Of a stretch of 64,000 nucleotides of DNA, positions 1 to 14,471 are shown piece after piece. Source of the DNA: Schmidtea polychroa (lineage: Eukaryota); NCBI GenBank assembly GCA_044892525.1, contig CM097887.1, forward strand, positions 18,600,001 through 18,664,000, written 5' to 3'. The position numbers were made by a program, and so were the translations under genes. Under the pieces are notes generated by a model. It saw only the letters and a list, made by a program, of their open reading frames with translations, was not told the DNA's origin and made no database searches. How positions within the stretch are numbered: position 1 is the first letter of the stretch; each line of letters starts with the position of its first letter.

Positions 1-3000
1 GCAATCTTTTCTGACTCTTCAAGGTACATGTTATGTTTCTCAGATTTTAATTGATGAACTTCAACTATTTTATCTTTATAGTTTTCTCCAAGTGTATCTT
101 TATAATCTTGATGTGTGATTTTTTTGGATATCACCCTTTGAATCCCTTTACATTTATTATCTTTAAAGACTTTTAAATCTAAAGGATCCTCAGGTATTTC
201 AAATGTATAATCTAATACCTCTCCAAAATCTCCAATAATTTTTATTGTATGATTTTTCATTTTTAGAGCTTGAATACTTTCTAGTGAATACTGTTTAGAT
301 CTAATGAAAACAGCATCCACTATTGGGGTATTTGGTTTTTCATCTTTAAAAGTGAAAAGCTCTACAGATGAATTTATTAATTTTGAGAGTATTTCACTTT
401 CTTGGATCTCCTTGTTTAGATTTTTAGTATAGATCTTTAGAAACATGCTGTCGGTATCCATAGCATGCATGGAGATTCTTTCTTTGAAATGAGGCACTAG
501 GACATCATAGTATGTTTCATACATCTGAAGCTTTGAAAGTTCTAAAATAGTGAAACCTATAAAGATTGGTTTATTATAGGTTTTTTCACTATTCTGAATT
601 TCAATAGCTAGCAGATTCTGAGAAAATACTTGGGCATTTTTAAATGTAGGTTTCCCAAGTATTCTATTATATCTCTTCAAGTCTTTGGGGGTATTTGTTA
701 ACAACTCTATTCGAGTATACTTGTCAACATTCTCCATGGTCTTTCCAAAGACTGCATTATTTAAAAGCTTGTATATCATATCTAGAAAAGCATTTCCATT
801 TCATTTTGCTTCATTTCTAGATTTAATATTTCCATCTATGAAACCTTTCATGAATGGAGCTTGTCGGAACTTTATAATGGAATGAATCTTCTTCAAGACC
901 ATTCCATGTGACAGATAAAACTGTAATAACCTATAGTGACATAGGTAATAGGTTTTATCAGTTTGGTCACACAAAAGTTTCATGGTTGTAGGTCTGTTCT
1001 GGGAGATCTGCCAGGGTAAAAGCTCGTCTTGATTTATTTTCCTTCTTACTGGCGCGAAAGGAAAATATTTGGTATTATGCTTTATGTGATCTGGATATTC
1101 AAGATCACATTCTATAACATATCCAAATTCTGAATCTTTTTAATATTTAATATCCCCTTAGTGTTTGGGTCTACCCATTCAAAACCTTCAATTGGAAGAT
1201 ATTGAGTCATCACTCCTGCATATAGAGCTGTTGCATCTATATATATTATTTCACTTGGGTTGGATAGACCTTCTGTTATTAATTTAAAATCTTCAGAGGT
1301 TTTTATTTTTACATAATCTGGGGGAACCTGTTGGACTGAAAGTGGGGGGGGTCTCTGGGACCGAAAAGAATTTCCTATAAAGGGTGATCTAATTATTTGT
1401 TGATATTTCTCTACTACCCATTACAGAGCTCACACCCCCTCGGATGTTATTTTTAAATGTATTAAACATATCAAGATCGGTTAATAATTCTATAATTTTG
1501 CCTTTAGTCTCTATATCTTTAGTCCAAATATTATACAACAATATATCCCAAGCTAGGGATGGAGCAGTTATATAATTGTATGGTTTTAATTCAAAAGCTT
1601 TGGTGAAGACTTCGAAACAGTCTGTAAGGATATAAATATCTAAACTTAAATACATGTCAGTATATTCTCCAATATCCTTACATTTAAAAAGCTTAAACAT
1701 TTTTTCTCCTCGAGAATATTCTTCGTCTGAAATGTTTGATGAGGATAATTTTGAAAAGAATTCCTCTTTGGGAGGTAATTCAGTTTCTTCATATTTATCA
1801 TATGAATTTATGTAATCATAGGGGTAGATGCCTTTTGCTAAGCATGTTTTATATTCCTCTAGGGGTATGTTATTTTTTACCAAGACTTTTTCTATTGTGT
1901 ATTTAAAGTCTTCAGGTTTCATTGTCTTTGCTATTTGATCTAAAGACATTCCCATGAAGTTTAGCGAGTCAATGAATTTCAAACATCCATACTGCACACA
2001 TTTATATTTCTCTTTTGTAAGACCTATAACCTTGAAAGAGTTTTTAGCATCAATAGCAAGATGTTTTATAAATAAATGGATGTCATACCCAAATAGATTA
2101 TGGAATATAACTGGTATAAACTTTGGTTTTATACAGTTTAAATTACAGTTTTTATGGGCTGCACCTCTATAATTATTAAACTTTTTAAAATGATCATGAT
2201 CAGGGACCTTTATATTTTCAGTTAATCTTTGGTGATATATTCTTTGTTCTAATTCTTCATAATTCAAAGATTCTTCATCTGAAAACTCTAGGTTTGATAT
2301 TGGGAGGATTTCATGTTTACACATCCAACAGGTAGATGTGTTTTCATATTCCTCTTGTTCTTCTGAAAAGTTTAATATATTTTTTGTTCTTAATTTTTTA
2401 AAAAGCATGTGTTCTAAATCATTTATATCTTTTACAAAATGATTTAGAACCTCTTGTTCTGAATTACCCCTAAATGAATATTCTTTAGAGTTTATAATTT
2501 TAGGATAGTTGCTTTTAAAAAATAATTTGTATGCAGATGGAAGTTGTTTGGTTAGTTTTACTGTATAAGATTTATTTTTTGATTTTAAAAAGTTTTTCAT
2601 CTTCTCATGATTAACTGGTTCATCTATGAGATACTCATACCAAGAATTTAAAAGATTATTTCTTTCTATTATTTTTAAATATTCTTTTTCTAAATCTTGG
2701 TTAATGTTTATAGCTTCAAAATCACCATATATAACACCTAGAGATTCTAATAGATTGGAAAAGTTTTTAAAATGCATCTTAGGATCTGTAGGCATTCTAA
2801 TTAAAGCTGGTTGGTTTGTACAACACAATCTTTCATGTTTAATTGCTGCTGCTTTAGATGTTGAATAGTAAAGACATCTTTTACATGTTGTTCCCCCTCT
2901 AATATAAGTTCTTTTACGCATAAAGCTTTGAAAGTATTTTATTAGAATATAATGTTGTATTGTTTTATCAGAATGACTTTCAGACTTTAGACTTTGTAAC

Positions 3001-3824
3001 TCTTCACCCTCAAACTCTAGACTTTGTATCTCTGAACATTCAGAATCTATATCGTTGGACTCTGTACCTATATTCCCTGGAGTATATGTCTCTAACCCAT
3101 ATGCACAATCATTAATCTCTGAGTTGTTTAATATTAAAAGATAAATCTCTCTAGACTCCTCTGGGACTTCCATGTTTGAAATATATATTGGTGTAATGAT
3201 TTCACCACCTATATATTCATAAATATTAAGTTTTAAGTTGTTTAATCTTTCAAAAGTTGGTATATTTTCTATTTTCATTGGATGTATGAAACCTTTAGGA
3301 TATATTAATTCCCCTTCATATTTTATATATTTTGAAACCCTTTGTGGATTTTTTGCTTGAGGGTGTAAATGAGCAAGTATTGACCATTGAAAGCATTTGT
3401 TGTCTTTATTTTGTACATTTATAACATATTTTGATATAAATGGTGTTGGGATATAAGTTTTAGGGTTTGGTGGGGCTGCTCTCCAAAATTCAATCTCTAC
3501 TCCTTTAAATGAGTGGAATTTTAAATTTGATTCACCCAACTGCTGTTCTTGAATGTCTTGAATCTCTTCCACTTCTTTTATTATATCTTTAATAATTTTA
3601 TTTATTCCCTTTGTTGAGAATAAATATTTAAAACATGTTTCTATATTACATTCTAAAGGAGTAGAGTTTGTATCCCCTCTCCAATATGTTGTTAAAATTC
3701 TTAATCTATATTTTATCACATTGAATCTTGAATTACCAAATTTTTGTAAAGCAAGATCCATTGATGCCTTAATTTTTTGTTTATTTGTCCTAATGTATTC
3801 TGTACATGTGTGAATACCAAACAT
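1..3824 (-). pseudogene. polB: Polinton/Maverick-type protein-primed family B DNA polymerase, disrupted; runs off the window start
   Basis: 811-aa ORF has INVQNKDNKCFQW, YGDFEA, DHDH..HxxCN, FHNLFGYD, FIDSLNFM and KGIYPYDY. After a frameshift near 1390 the frame continues with YIDATALY (motif A), KLLNNAVFGKTMEN (motif B, after an in-frame stop near 800) and AMDTDSMF (motif C, ~445-465). Confidence 0.92.
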
Positions 3825-4004
3825 TTGTTCTCCAAATGCATCTATATGATTGAAGTTATCCCAGTTATATTTTTCTTTTTCAATATATTCTGCTTCTTCA
3901 CCTTCAACACACTCTTCTACATCAGAGTCTTTTTTACAATCTTCTTGTTGTCTATGAAGTATAGCACATTCTTGTATATGTTTTAAGTAGTAAAATTTTA
4001 TATT

Positions 4005-7000
4005 GAATTGGCAAGATGAGGCGGGAGTGTACGAAGATCTTATAGTACATCAGCTTCTGAGCCGGGTGCAGGAAGGATTGGAAGATAAGTTTCGTGTCTT
4101 TCAGTGCGTTTTCAAGTCTGTCGTCGATGTTGTGCCCATTCTTGTGTGCGAAGTCAACGCCCAGGTATCTGTAGAGGTTCGCGTCATCAATAATTGGTAA
4201 TGTTTCGCCATACAGAATGACTGGAAGGGGTGTGCCGGCTGTGTTAAGCGAAAAGTAGCCAGATTTGGATGGTTTAAACCGAAGATTAACCTTTTGGGCC
4301 AGTCGGACAATCTCACCAAGAGCGTCGGTAATGGAGGAGAAGGAATCGGAGATAAGGACAATGTCATCGGCATATGCCATGATGCTTATGTTGTACTCGT
4401 GAAGAAAGAAGGGGTGGTCCCGCAGTACTGCCCTTAAGATGAAGTCAATCGAGAGGCAGAAGAGGGTCATGGAGAGTGGGCATCCTTGCTTAACGCCCTT
4501 GACGATTGGCACCGAACTGGACAATTCGCCTTCGCATTCAAAGATAGTGCTGACGTTGGAATACATATGAGGTTGATGGTCTGTTGCTGAAGGCCCATGA
4601 GTGTCAAAGTGTGCCAGATAAGATCGTGGGGTAAGGAACCAAAGGCGTCAGTGATATCAAGCCAGATGATATGAAGTTCTGTTTTATTGCGGACAGAGTA
4701 GTCTTTGATGAGGTGGAGAGTCAGGTTATGTTCGGCGCAGCCATCCGGGGTACCAATGGCTTTTTGGTTGGTGGAGAGTAGACTGCCCGGCCTGATCCAG
4801 GACAATATACGGTGATTAAGGACAGAGGAGAAGATACGGTACGCTGTGTTCATGACAGATATAGGGCGCCAAGAGCTAGCTTCATGGCTCGTTTCGTGCT
4901 TCCCCTGTTTTAGGATCAGTTGGTTCTAAAAGTCTTCCAGCTGGAGGGGTATACCGAGGTCGAGAGTACGCTGTTACAGATAGCAAGAAGGAGTTCCATA
5001 TCAGGACATATTTGCTTCCAGTCGGCTAGGGTGATTTTGTCGATACCCGGCGCAGTGTTGTCCAGTGAGGCAATAGTGGAGCGAAGGTCATCAATGTCAA
5101 AGTAGGTAGAAGATGTATTTTCAGGAAAAGCGGCGAGTGAAATATCAGTCAGGTCAGACGTGGGTATAAGTGCAATCCCGAAGATACGAAGGATATTGGC
5201 CATAGTGGGTCTATGTATGGGTACGTCTGCCCCAATGAGTTTCATAAGCTCTTCCTTGGGTCTCATGTGGAATCTGGCTCGTTTAACGCACAGAAGCTCG
5301 TTCACCGACTTGAGTTTTTTGTGTGTGGCATCTGCGGGTTTCACACGCTTGTACCTGTCCGGGTTGACGTTGCCGTTGATCCGTTCAATCTCTCTAAGGG
5401 CAGATTGGGCGTCGATTTGGTTTTGGGACAGTTGTTCAGTTAGGTTTAGGAGGAATATGTGATACTTCCGCAAGTTGTTAATGGGCAGTCTGTTATGGGT
5501 GAAGGTGGAGATGATCTCCTTCATTTCCCTCAGCATGTGTGGTAGGTCAGGTGCGGTAAAGGGGATGTGTAAGTTAAGGCATTTCAGTATGTGGCACACA
5601 TATGGAGCAGATTCGAGCGGTGTCGAGCATCTTGGGTATTCCAGAGTTGTTAAAGATAGAGTGACTTGGCTGACAAGATTTTGGAAACTCAGAATAGTAT
5701 CCGACAGGTTGGTGGCAATATCCTGATGTAGAGAGAGCCTATCATCTCGCATTTGGTCAATTACCAGTGCTAGCCGGCGGTGTTTATCTAGAAAGAAGAA
5801 GAACCAGCTGTCCCTGCCGTTGGACATTGGTATGATAATCTCGTTCCAGTCCGCGAAGTCTTTGAAGGGGAAGGAGGCGAAGAAGGTTTTGTAGTTGTGT
5901 TGAATAAGTGCATTGCCAATGAAGGGATCTACAAATATGGTTGATTTTTTTATTGCATATTTGAAGAGATAGGCTTTGATCGCGTGCTGTGACCATCATG
6001 CCGATTCCTGGTCAATGTCATTGCTGAACAGGACAGTGTCAGGGAGTGGTAGCTCAATGATCTCACCGGGTGAATAACGAAGTTCTTCCTCCCCAGTAAA
6101 CATGATTTGCCTTATTGCATCAAAGGAAGGTGTGTGCACATCGATGCGGGCTGAGGTGGGGTCCGCAATGGTTTTTGAAGTCGTGGGGTGTTGCTGCGCA
6201 ACATGAGATTTGATGGCTTGGACGGGGATCCATGAACCACAGAAGCAGTAGAAGTCATCATATAGATCAAAGACAAGGTTCCTGTGAAATTCTTTCATGT
6301 GGGCATAGATGTCAGGGATGGCGGTGTCGATGGGGAAAGTAGTTAGACATTTGCTGCAGTTCTTATTGGCGCTATTGCAGGTGAGGCGAAGAGAGGGAGA
6401 GACCCTAAGAGTAACCTTATTGATCAGTTTTTTGTCGATCTGAACCTCGTGCTCACAGTGGTCGATATGGTTGCAGAGATCCCTGAATTTGACGTGGTTC
6501 ATAGAGAATCTGTCATTTCCCTTTTTGGGTCTGCACTGGTAGCAGTCGACGTGGGAATCTTCAGTGATGTCTAATTTGTGGACTTCCCAAGCGTGGGCTA
6601 GGAACTTGACCCTGTCAAATATACAGATGCTGCCGCACCAAGCTGTGATGAACGTAGATCTGCACTCGAGTTTTCCGCGATAGTTCAGGCAAAAACAGAA
6701 TTGGGTCCGCCATGTCTTGGGCCTTCATATTTCGCGGGGTACGTGTTTGGCGCGCCTTTACAGGGGGTGGTGGGGTAAGGTATGCGGGCGTGTTAACCGG
6801 GATTCGGTCGGTGATGACCCGTTACTGCCATTTGGGAGTCAACCGCAATGAGGTCATGAAATTCGTTGATGATTGAGGTTGTGATAATCCCGGTGTCTCG
6901 AGGAGATGGTGGAGTGATCAGCTGTTCATGAGGGGTGGGTTGGGCTTGGATGGCCTTTGAAATAGGTGGGCAAGTAATTTCATCACTCTGGTGTAAATTG

Positions 7001-8500
7001 GACGTCGTCAATATAAACATCATCATTAGTGGCAGTAGGGGACAGAGTGGGGTGGGTGCGCTCATGGTAAGGTTCGACTACAAAGGTGTGTGGGGAGAGT
7101 GAGGCCTGGATAGTGGGTGTTGGGGGGCACATAAGATTTGTAGGTGGGGTGTGTAGCGTGGTTGGGGGGCATAGGGCATAGGTGTTGGTGCATGGGGCAT
7201 GTCAGAGGTTGCGATGTTACTTGCGGTCATTTCGATGTCTGAGTCAGTGTTAGATGAGGAGGGGATGGGGTGCATTGGGGACATTTCACGCCTGTCTGAC
7301 GTTAGTTTATTGAGATGGTGCGCAATTTTAAGTAAAGCCTTTTCCATCTTATCGATCCTGGTACTGATATTACGCCTACATTTAGATTGTAGTCTGTAGC
7401 AACGGGCGATTCTAGGCTTGTGATGGATTTTTTTCAGATGTTGGGGTTTCTCTGTGGGCATAGAGCTATCGGAAGAGCTCGATTCGATTTTGCCCGAGTC
7501 CGAAATGTGCAGCTGTGTGTCGGTGCCAGAGAACAGGTGGTCGGAGCTATCAGGATGGCGTTCGGGTTGGTGGAACTGAGGCGGGGTGTTGTTGCTGGTC
7601 CTTTCTGTGAGTGACGAGAGTATGGTAGTCGTGGTCCGGGCATCTGTCATTTGAGTGATAAGACGAGTTTGGCAAAGGTCTATTGGCGTGCATTCAGGCT
7701 GATGGAATTTGGGTGGTGTATTATTGTAATGAAGAATGTCAGAGGTCTCGCGGGGGGGGTTGTGTGCAGAAGGGACTTAGTGTAAGATTGGCCTGTCGTG
7801 TCATTAGGCCGTTGTCGATTGTATTGGTGTCGGAGGATAGGGTTCGCGTAACGATGGGGTTGTGGGCCTTTTGCGGTGGGATATTGCTTCCCACTGCTGT
7901 AGATGTATTGGTAAGTGGAGTGAGGGTGTCAGAAGGAGCTGAGGGGAAAGACAGTGTGTCGTTGCGCGGTGACAAACAGGCAGTGTCAAGGGAGGCGGGT
8001 TTATTCGTGGAGAAAGCGGTGTTTATGTCGCGAATGTGTTTAAATTGAGTTGGGTCCGACTTGAACTTGTGCCAATAGTATTTGTTTAGCTTCCGCATTT
8101 CACGACGGAACTGGAGATTGTAAATTGTCTTGGGCAGTGGTGTATCAGCTGTGCCGTCATTGGCTACGTGAGGTGAGGTGGGATGGGCGCCTATGCAGGG
8201 AGCAGGGCAAAATAAAGCAGTTGGACAGTCAATTTCATTATCAGAGGCCTTGTTACTGTCTGTGTACGCGAATCGGCCGCAGGCCGATGAGCTGCGTCTG
8301 ATTTTTTTCCGACATATTTTGTTTTTTTAAAAAGAGTGAAATTGGATACGAGTTTAAACAACGCTATATTTTTGTCATAGAAGGTATTTAAATTATTTTC
8401 AATATTATTTTTTAAATTTTGGAAATTAGCAGTAAATTTTCCTTCATTCGGTTTCTCAAAAGAATTTTTATAAATAAAGCTTTTATTATTTGCATTATTA
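4005..8500 (-). mobile_element. R2-superfamily (RLE-type; NeSL/Utopia/R4-like) non-LTR retrotransposon, fragmented, 3' end with endonuclease missing
   Basis: RT motifs across frameshifted ORFs: TAPGIDKI, WRPIS, QKAIG..DGCAEH, WLDITDAFGSLPH, GVKQGCPLS, YADDIVL, YRYLG. About four C2H2-like motifs at 6150-6720. Distinctly GC-rich block relative to the flanks. Confidence 0.88.
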
Positions 8501-8509
8501 ATAGAATTA

Positions 8510-10501
8510 CACCTATCCCCCGATTTACACGGTAGATACGTTCCTGAGAAAAACGTGTAAATCGAAAATTAAAAATTTTCAAGTCAAAACCGTGTAAATC
8601 GAAAAGCTTGCAGAAAATGCATAATTTTGCTATTTAACAGTTGTGATTTTTTTCAATATTTTTAGGTGTACACAGAAATAAAAATAAAATGCATTGACAG
8701 GTTTAAATATGTAATATATTACGGAAACACTGTTTTTTTATTTAATTACAATACATTAAACAGAAGAACAAAAAATAAAATCAATGGTGTTTTATTATCC
8801 TTCATCACTATCAGAAATTACTCTCATTCTTTTTTCGGAATCGAAGGTTGGAATTGATTTTCATCACCGAAGTTATTTGTGCCGATTCGATGTTTGAAGC
8901 AGAAATATTTACATTCTGAGAGGTGGTAATAAAATCGGTTATTAACAATTGCTTCGAATTTTTTGTAAGATCTTTGTAAACTTCTTCATATTGAGCCAAG
9001 CAGCGATTTATGTCACGTTGGAATCGTAAAGCCCTTTCTACGTTTGTGTCATTTTGTATAAAATGATTACCCAGCTTTCTTCTCAATGCGAGTCCTTCGC
9101 GGATGACTTTAGCAGTGAATGTTACTGGTACTAATTCCTCTTCATCAGATTTTTCAGACTCACTTTCGCAAACTAAGTTAACTAAATCATCCTCACTTAG
9201 TTCTTTATCAGCCATTAACTCTGCGATATCATCATCAGTAAAATCATCAAAACCTTCTCCGCCCAATGAATGCGCCATCTGTACTATCTGCGAATATTCA
9301 TCATTTAACGTTGAAATGGAATATTCATTTTTGACTACATTTGGCCACAATTTTTTCCAACAGCTATTGAGCGTTGTTTGCTTAATCGCAGTGTATGATA
9401 AGGCGATATGCTTCACACAGTCTAATATTGTAAAATTTTTCCAAGCACTAATAACTGTTAAAGATTCGTTTTTCTCCATTTGTTCCAAAATATATGTAAA
9501 GGCTCGTTTTATGTACAAAGCTTTAAAAGTAGAAATTATGCCTTGGTCTAATGGTTGTAATAATGAAGTTGTATTTTTTGGTAAAAATTTTACTTCAACG
9601 TTCTCATATTCTAGATCTTGTGGGTGACCCGGCGCATTGTCAATTAACAAAAGCACTTTAAAAGGCAATCCCTTTGAACCTAAATATTTTTTGGCATCTG
9701 GGATAAAACATTCATGAAACCATTCAGTAAATATTGCAGCAGTAACCCACGCTTTCTTATTAGCCCTCCAATAAACGGGAAGATTTTTGATTTGTTAATC
9801 ACTAATGGTTTCATAATAAAATCTCCTGAAGCATTGCTACAGAAAAGAATTGTTATGCGATCTTTTGCTGACCACTAGCCGATTTATAAAATTTTGAGAC
9901 ATAAGTCCTTTCAGGCATTTTTTTCCAGAATAACCCTGACTCATCAGCATTGAAAACCTGATCAGGGGTGTATGAATTGTCGTTAATAATTTCTCCAAAA
10001 TTTGCTGGATATTCTTGGGCTGCATCTACGTCGCCAGAAGCCAGTTCACCTTTTAATTTTTAGCTGTGTAAAGAATGTCTTATTTTAAATCTTTCAAACC
10101 AGCCATGACTTGCCAAAAAATTTGACTTCTTTTCAGTTGAAGAAGAAGATGGTAATTGCTCTACAATTTTTTCGTAAATTCGTACCGCTTTATTTGTTAT
10201 AGCGGCCGTATCAATGGGTACTCTTTTTTTGTGTTTGATCTTCTATCCAAAGCATTAACGCTTTCTCAATTTTTTCCATTGCGATATTTCTGGTGTATGA
10301 TGTTGTGCCCATACTCGTGGTATTGCCAGCTGCAACACTATTTCTAATTGTGTTTTCATTTGTTCTAATAGTTCTTATTGTAGCTTCGTTCATGCTATAT
10401 GATTTTGCAACATCTACTACTCTATCTCCCTTTCGTAAGCGATCCAAAATTTCGATTTTAGTTTCTAAAGAAATAACTTTTCTTTTAACTTCTTTCGACA
10501 T
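8510..10501 (-). mobile_element. Tigger/pogo DNA transposon, disrupted transposase (HTH-psq, CENP-B HTH, DDE_1)
   Basis: KRKVISLETKIEILDRL N-terminus; ASHGWFERF at ~10090-10115; LLLIDNAPGHP and LLQPLDQGII DDE_1 motifs. One TIR-like end TA-CACCTATCCCCCGATTTACACGG at 8508-8532; the other end was not found. Confidence 0.9.
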
Positions 10502-11047
10502 TATAAGCCTATAATTTTTTTTAATTTATGTTAATTTATAATATGTAATCTAAATTATGCACTCACTTTAAACTTTAAAACTTTAATTTTATGCGAAGAA
10601 ATACAGACACAGTGTGCATTTCTTCACGTTGGAACTGTACTGTGTCGGCGAGACGCCAGTAAGCAGGTGATCCCCTGCCTTAGGACTACTCCTTACTGAG
10701 GCCTCGACTTCCTTTCCCTGACTGCCGTTGGAAGGACTTACGTCTGATCGCATCATCAAACCCCTCATTTCTTTGAATCGGATGCTAATCGACTATTGCT
10801 TGTTGGACTTCAAAAAACTTTAACCCTATTCATAAAATCTACACCGCGCTTATTACCGAAAGAAATAATTGATTCAAAAGCAAAATTGACAATCAAAATT
10901 GGATTTATTCTCTCACCATAATACAATATACAGATAAATTATATACAACACGCGCCATTTGGTGGATAACAGGCCAGGGAAGAGATAAAATAGAGAGAGT
11001 TCAGTTCGACAATTGATACACAGCAAGATTATTCTACAGTGAGACTT

Positions 11048-11805
11048 TCATTTCTCCCATTCCGTGTCAGCCAGCAATTCGTCTAAATCGAAGAACTCGG
11101 AGGCATTTTCCTCCCAAGTCACACCAGCGGCAGAGATGATTCGTCCTGGGATCCCTACTGTCAGATCGATCGTTACCGGGGGATCGTCGAGAGTAGTTGG
11201 GTTGTCCGAAGATGGTTTATTCTGTTTGGCGACTGCCCGTTCACGTTGCTTCCTTTTGCGTTCCGCCCTCGACAGTTGGCGACGCTTGGGTTTCGAGACG
11301 ATCGTAGTATTTGATGACGCTACAGAGGTGGTCGTAGACAATGGTAACACCTTACTAGTTCCGGTAATAGGCATATCGGATGGCCTGGGAGAGAGGTCGG
11401 CTTCCACGCACTCACGACAAGTCTTCTTGGATAAAGGTGGTGAACTGAACGAAGGATCGTGGTGGACGGGAAAGATATTGTCCGCTTCGCTAATAGGGAT
11501 ACTCACGATCTTCCGGGTGGTAGCCGCCTGCAAATAGACTTTATGAAGAGCCTCTGACTGCTCTTTTATCAAACTGCGTTGTGATCTGCTTTCATTGATC
11601 AGGGCATCACGGTAATGCTCAATGCGGTACAGCTTCTTCTGTACCTCTTTCATTTGTACTGGGCTAAACCATGTACCTTCCAGATCGTCGATTTTCTTTT
11701 TGTATCGACCGATCTGGGTCTGTAAATCTTTGATTACGGCGTTTTTATTTGCACAGGAGAAACAGGGTTTGAGAAGCGATTTCGTGCTTTGTAACATATT
11801 GGAGA
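11048..11805 (-). CDS. Orphan 249-aa ORF (coiled-coil N-half, S/T-rich and basic middle, acidic C-tail), probably a terminal exon
   Basis: Open 249 aa; minus-strand polypyrimidine tract plus TAG (ttttatcttttctttatag) just upstream of the ATG; AATAAA on the minus strand at ~10904-10909. No recognisable family. Confidence 0.4.
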
Positions 11806-14471
11806 CTATAAAGAAAAGATAAAAGTAAACATAATTCGACTAGATTCATTCAACCGTATGATCGGTGCAATCATTTATCAGTCACTACAATTCTCATACT
11901 TTATTCTCACGAGTTCAGCCACAAAATAGGTCGGCTGCCGTCGAAATTCCCCGGTGTATGATAACCATCTGTACATCATTTACTTATAAAACTGGTTGGC
12001 CATATATGACGTCCCCTTAACTTGATGTGATAATTCGTCGCTGGGAAAAGAAAATCTTATGGTTATATGATCGTGGTAATGTTCTAATGTTCCTCAGGAA
12101 TATCTGTCGCGTTTCAAAATGAGCAAAACTAACAAATTGATTTAATAACTTGAAATTTCTTAAAACTAATCCCTTATTTTAATGTTCGAGCATTATATAT
12201 TACACATGGCTAATCATTACCGTAATCTAACTAAATTTTGATTAAAATTCATCAGGATTCATGTTGAGAACTCTAAAATTCGTGTTTGATGTATGTGAAC
12301 TTATTCTACAGCCTATCAGCTGCATTGATATCTCTGCCGCCTTAGCTATCAGCAACCTGATTAGAAAATTCGGAATCGCCATGTGCATGCACTAGAATCA
12401 ATTTTCTCACTACAGTTAACAACTAGCGAGTTTCACCTACAGCAGTGTCAAAATAAAGGATGATGCTAACAGCCGTGAACTAAGGCGTGTGCCGGGTTTA
12501 GTGTGTATTGTCGAATGCGATTTGTCATAAGCGTGCTTACGTTATCTAGATTTGCTGTCTATCCCGATTACACACGCTTGGACGGTGTATGCTCACATCT
12601 GTCTCTGTTACTAAAACGTGGATTTTTCTGATGTTTGGAGTTAGATTATTCAGCCGTTATACTGCCTCGTGTTTATTCTCATCAAACTTGGAAATTGGAT
12701 TTTTTTAGGTACGACGTGCAACCTCTCTCGTTTCTCATGTTGGAATGTATCACTTTATGGATGGTTCTATCGAACTATGCAAAGACGACGACTTATCGGG
12801 GGTGGATTTAAGCAAATAATCCTTCATGTTCCAGCCAATGGCAATTCAAAACTATTCAAAAAAAGAAAATGAAGGAATTTTATGAAATTTTTGTCTCATT
12901 GATTAAATATAGTTAATAATTTTCCTTTCATATTTACTACACTGTCGTATGATACAAGAGTAAGTATCTCAATAGCTAATCCATTATCTAAGACAAAAGT
13001 GAACTAAATGTTGACGTAAAAGTGATTTGTAGGTAGATGAAGGTGAAGTTGTCGGTATTGGTGAACGACTTGGATTTCTTAAGACGACAAATGAGCAGTT
13101 CCAAGGTGCGGTGTCTGAGAATTATTGACTTCTAGTAGGAAGAAAGTTTGTAGCCACCTCAGTCACTTGTCAATTACGATTATTCCTACCTTCTAGAATT
13201 CGGATTACTTTCCACCTCACTCTCGACAGTTCTTTGCAGCATTTTATGACCTTCAGCGACGGACCCGTGAGGAAGCCCCCACATTACGGCCAACGTCAGC
13301 TGCGTGATTGAAGAGGTCCACACCCACCGGCTGAGCCCCCGAAGGCTCCTCACACCATGGTATGGATCTCCTCAACTCCACGTTCCTCATTGTAAATTTA
13401 TCATAAAATAAAAATTCAAAATATAATTGTATATTACAAATACTTATTTATCGTTCACGTTTAAATTTAACCATTACTATTCAGTATTATTAAGAGATCA
13501 AATAAAGAAAATCGTATTAAAACTTTTAATTTAATATAATAAATATTCTAACATTATTATCCATTAATACAATTTATAAACTAAAACACGTTCTTACCAA
13601 CTATCTTGAACTAGTGATTCCAAAGGCTGAGTCGAAACATTAAATTAATGGCTATGACTTCAAATCTGGAATTGTCTCTGAATATCTTCTGCTTCCTAAT
13701 AGTCTGATTTTGTCCTGGTGTCTTGATGGTTGAGTACCTGTGAATTTTTAGTTTTAACAGTATAGAATTTTCATCATTTTCCTACCTGTGAATTTTTAGT
13801 TTTAACAGTAACCATAATGAGTTTACTGTCTACTTATATATGAATTTTTCGTTTATGCGGACCAATCAGAATTGAGTACCGCTTATTTTCTAATTTAGTT
13901 TACTTTTTCCTGTTTTTTGGTTATTTTCCTTAATTTTCTTTATTTTTATTATACTTTTTATTTGTTTTATTAATTTCCTGATTATTTATTGCATTTTTCG
14001 TTATTTCATGCGTAATTCCATTTTCCTATTTAAATTTTCTTAATTTTATTTTTTGTTTTAATCCTTATTTTCTTAGATGATTGTTTCTTTGTATGTGATT
14101 ATAGTTTATTTTTAAATTTATTTGTTTTATTTTATTTTATTTTGCTTCCTAATTTTCTGAATACCTTTCGACTCAGCCCAACAATTGCTATCATCATTAA
14201 TATTACCAACATTAGGGTCTCTATTCTCCCCATCATCATTCTACTATTACCAAATCTAATTATTATTATGTCGACTTTTTTACTATTTTACCACTATTTT
14301 ACCATTATTAATATGATTAGTANNNNNNNNNNNNNNNNNNNNNNNNNNNNNNNNNNNNNNNNNNNNNNNNNNNNNNNNNNNNNNNNNNNNNNNNNNNNNN
14401 NNNNNNNNNNNNNNNNNNNNNNNNNNNNNNNNNNNNNNNNNNNNNNNNNNNNNNNNNNNNNNNNNNNNNNN

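Noticed and set aside
1-3824. Phage or plasmid origin of the protein-primed polymerase
   Set aside because: Motif set and surrounding metazoan TEs fit Polinton-type PolB; no phage genes or operon structure.
4920-8048. Plus-strand ORFs over the non-LTR element; similar shadows at 9103-9627, 11064-11537, 18938-20025 and 55063-56250
   Set aside because: Antisense shadows of recognisable coding strands with no motifs of their own.
13626-14178. 13-bp inverted pair GGCTGAGTCGAAA / TTTCGACTCAGCC as element ends or ribozyme
   Set aside because: Too short, no TSD, no coding support; the region abuts an assembly gap.
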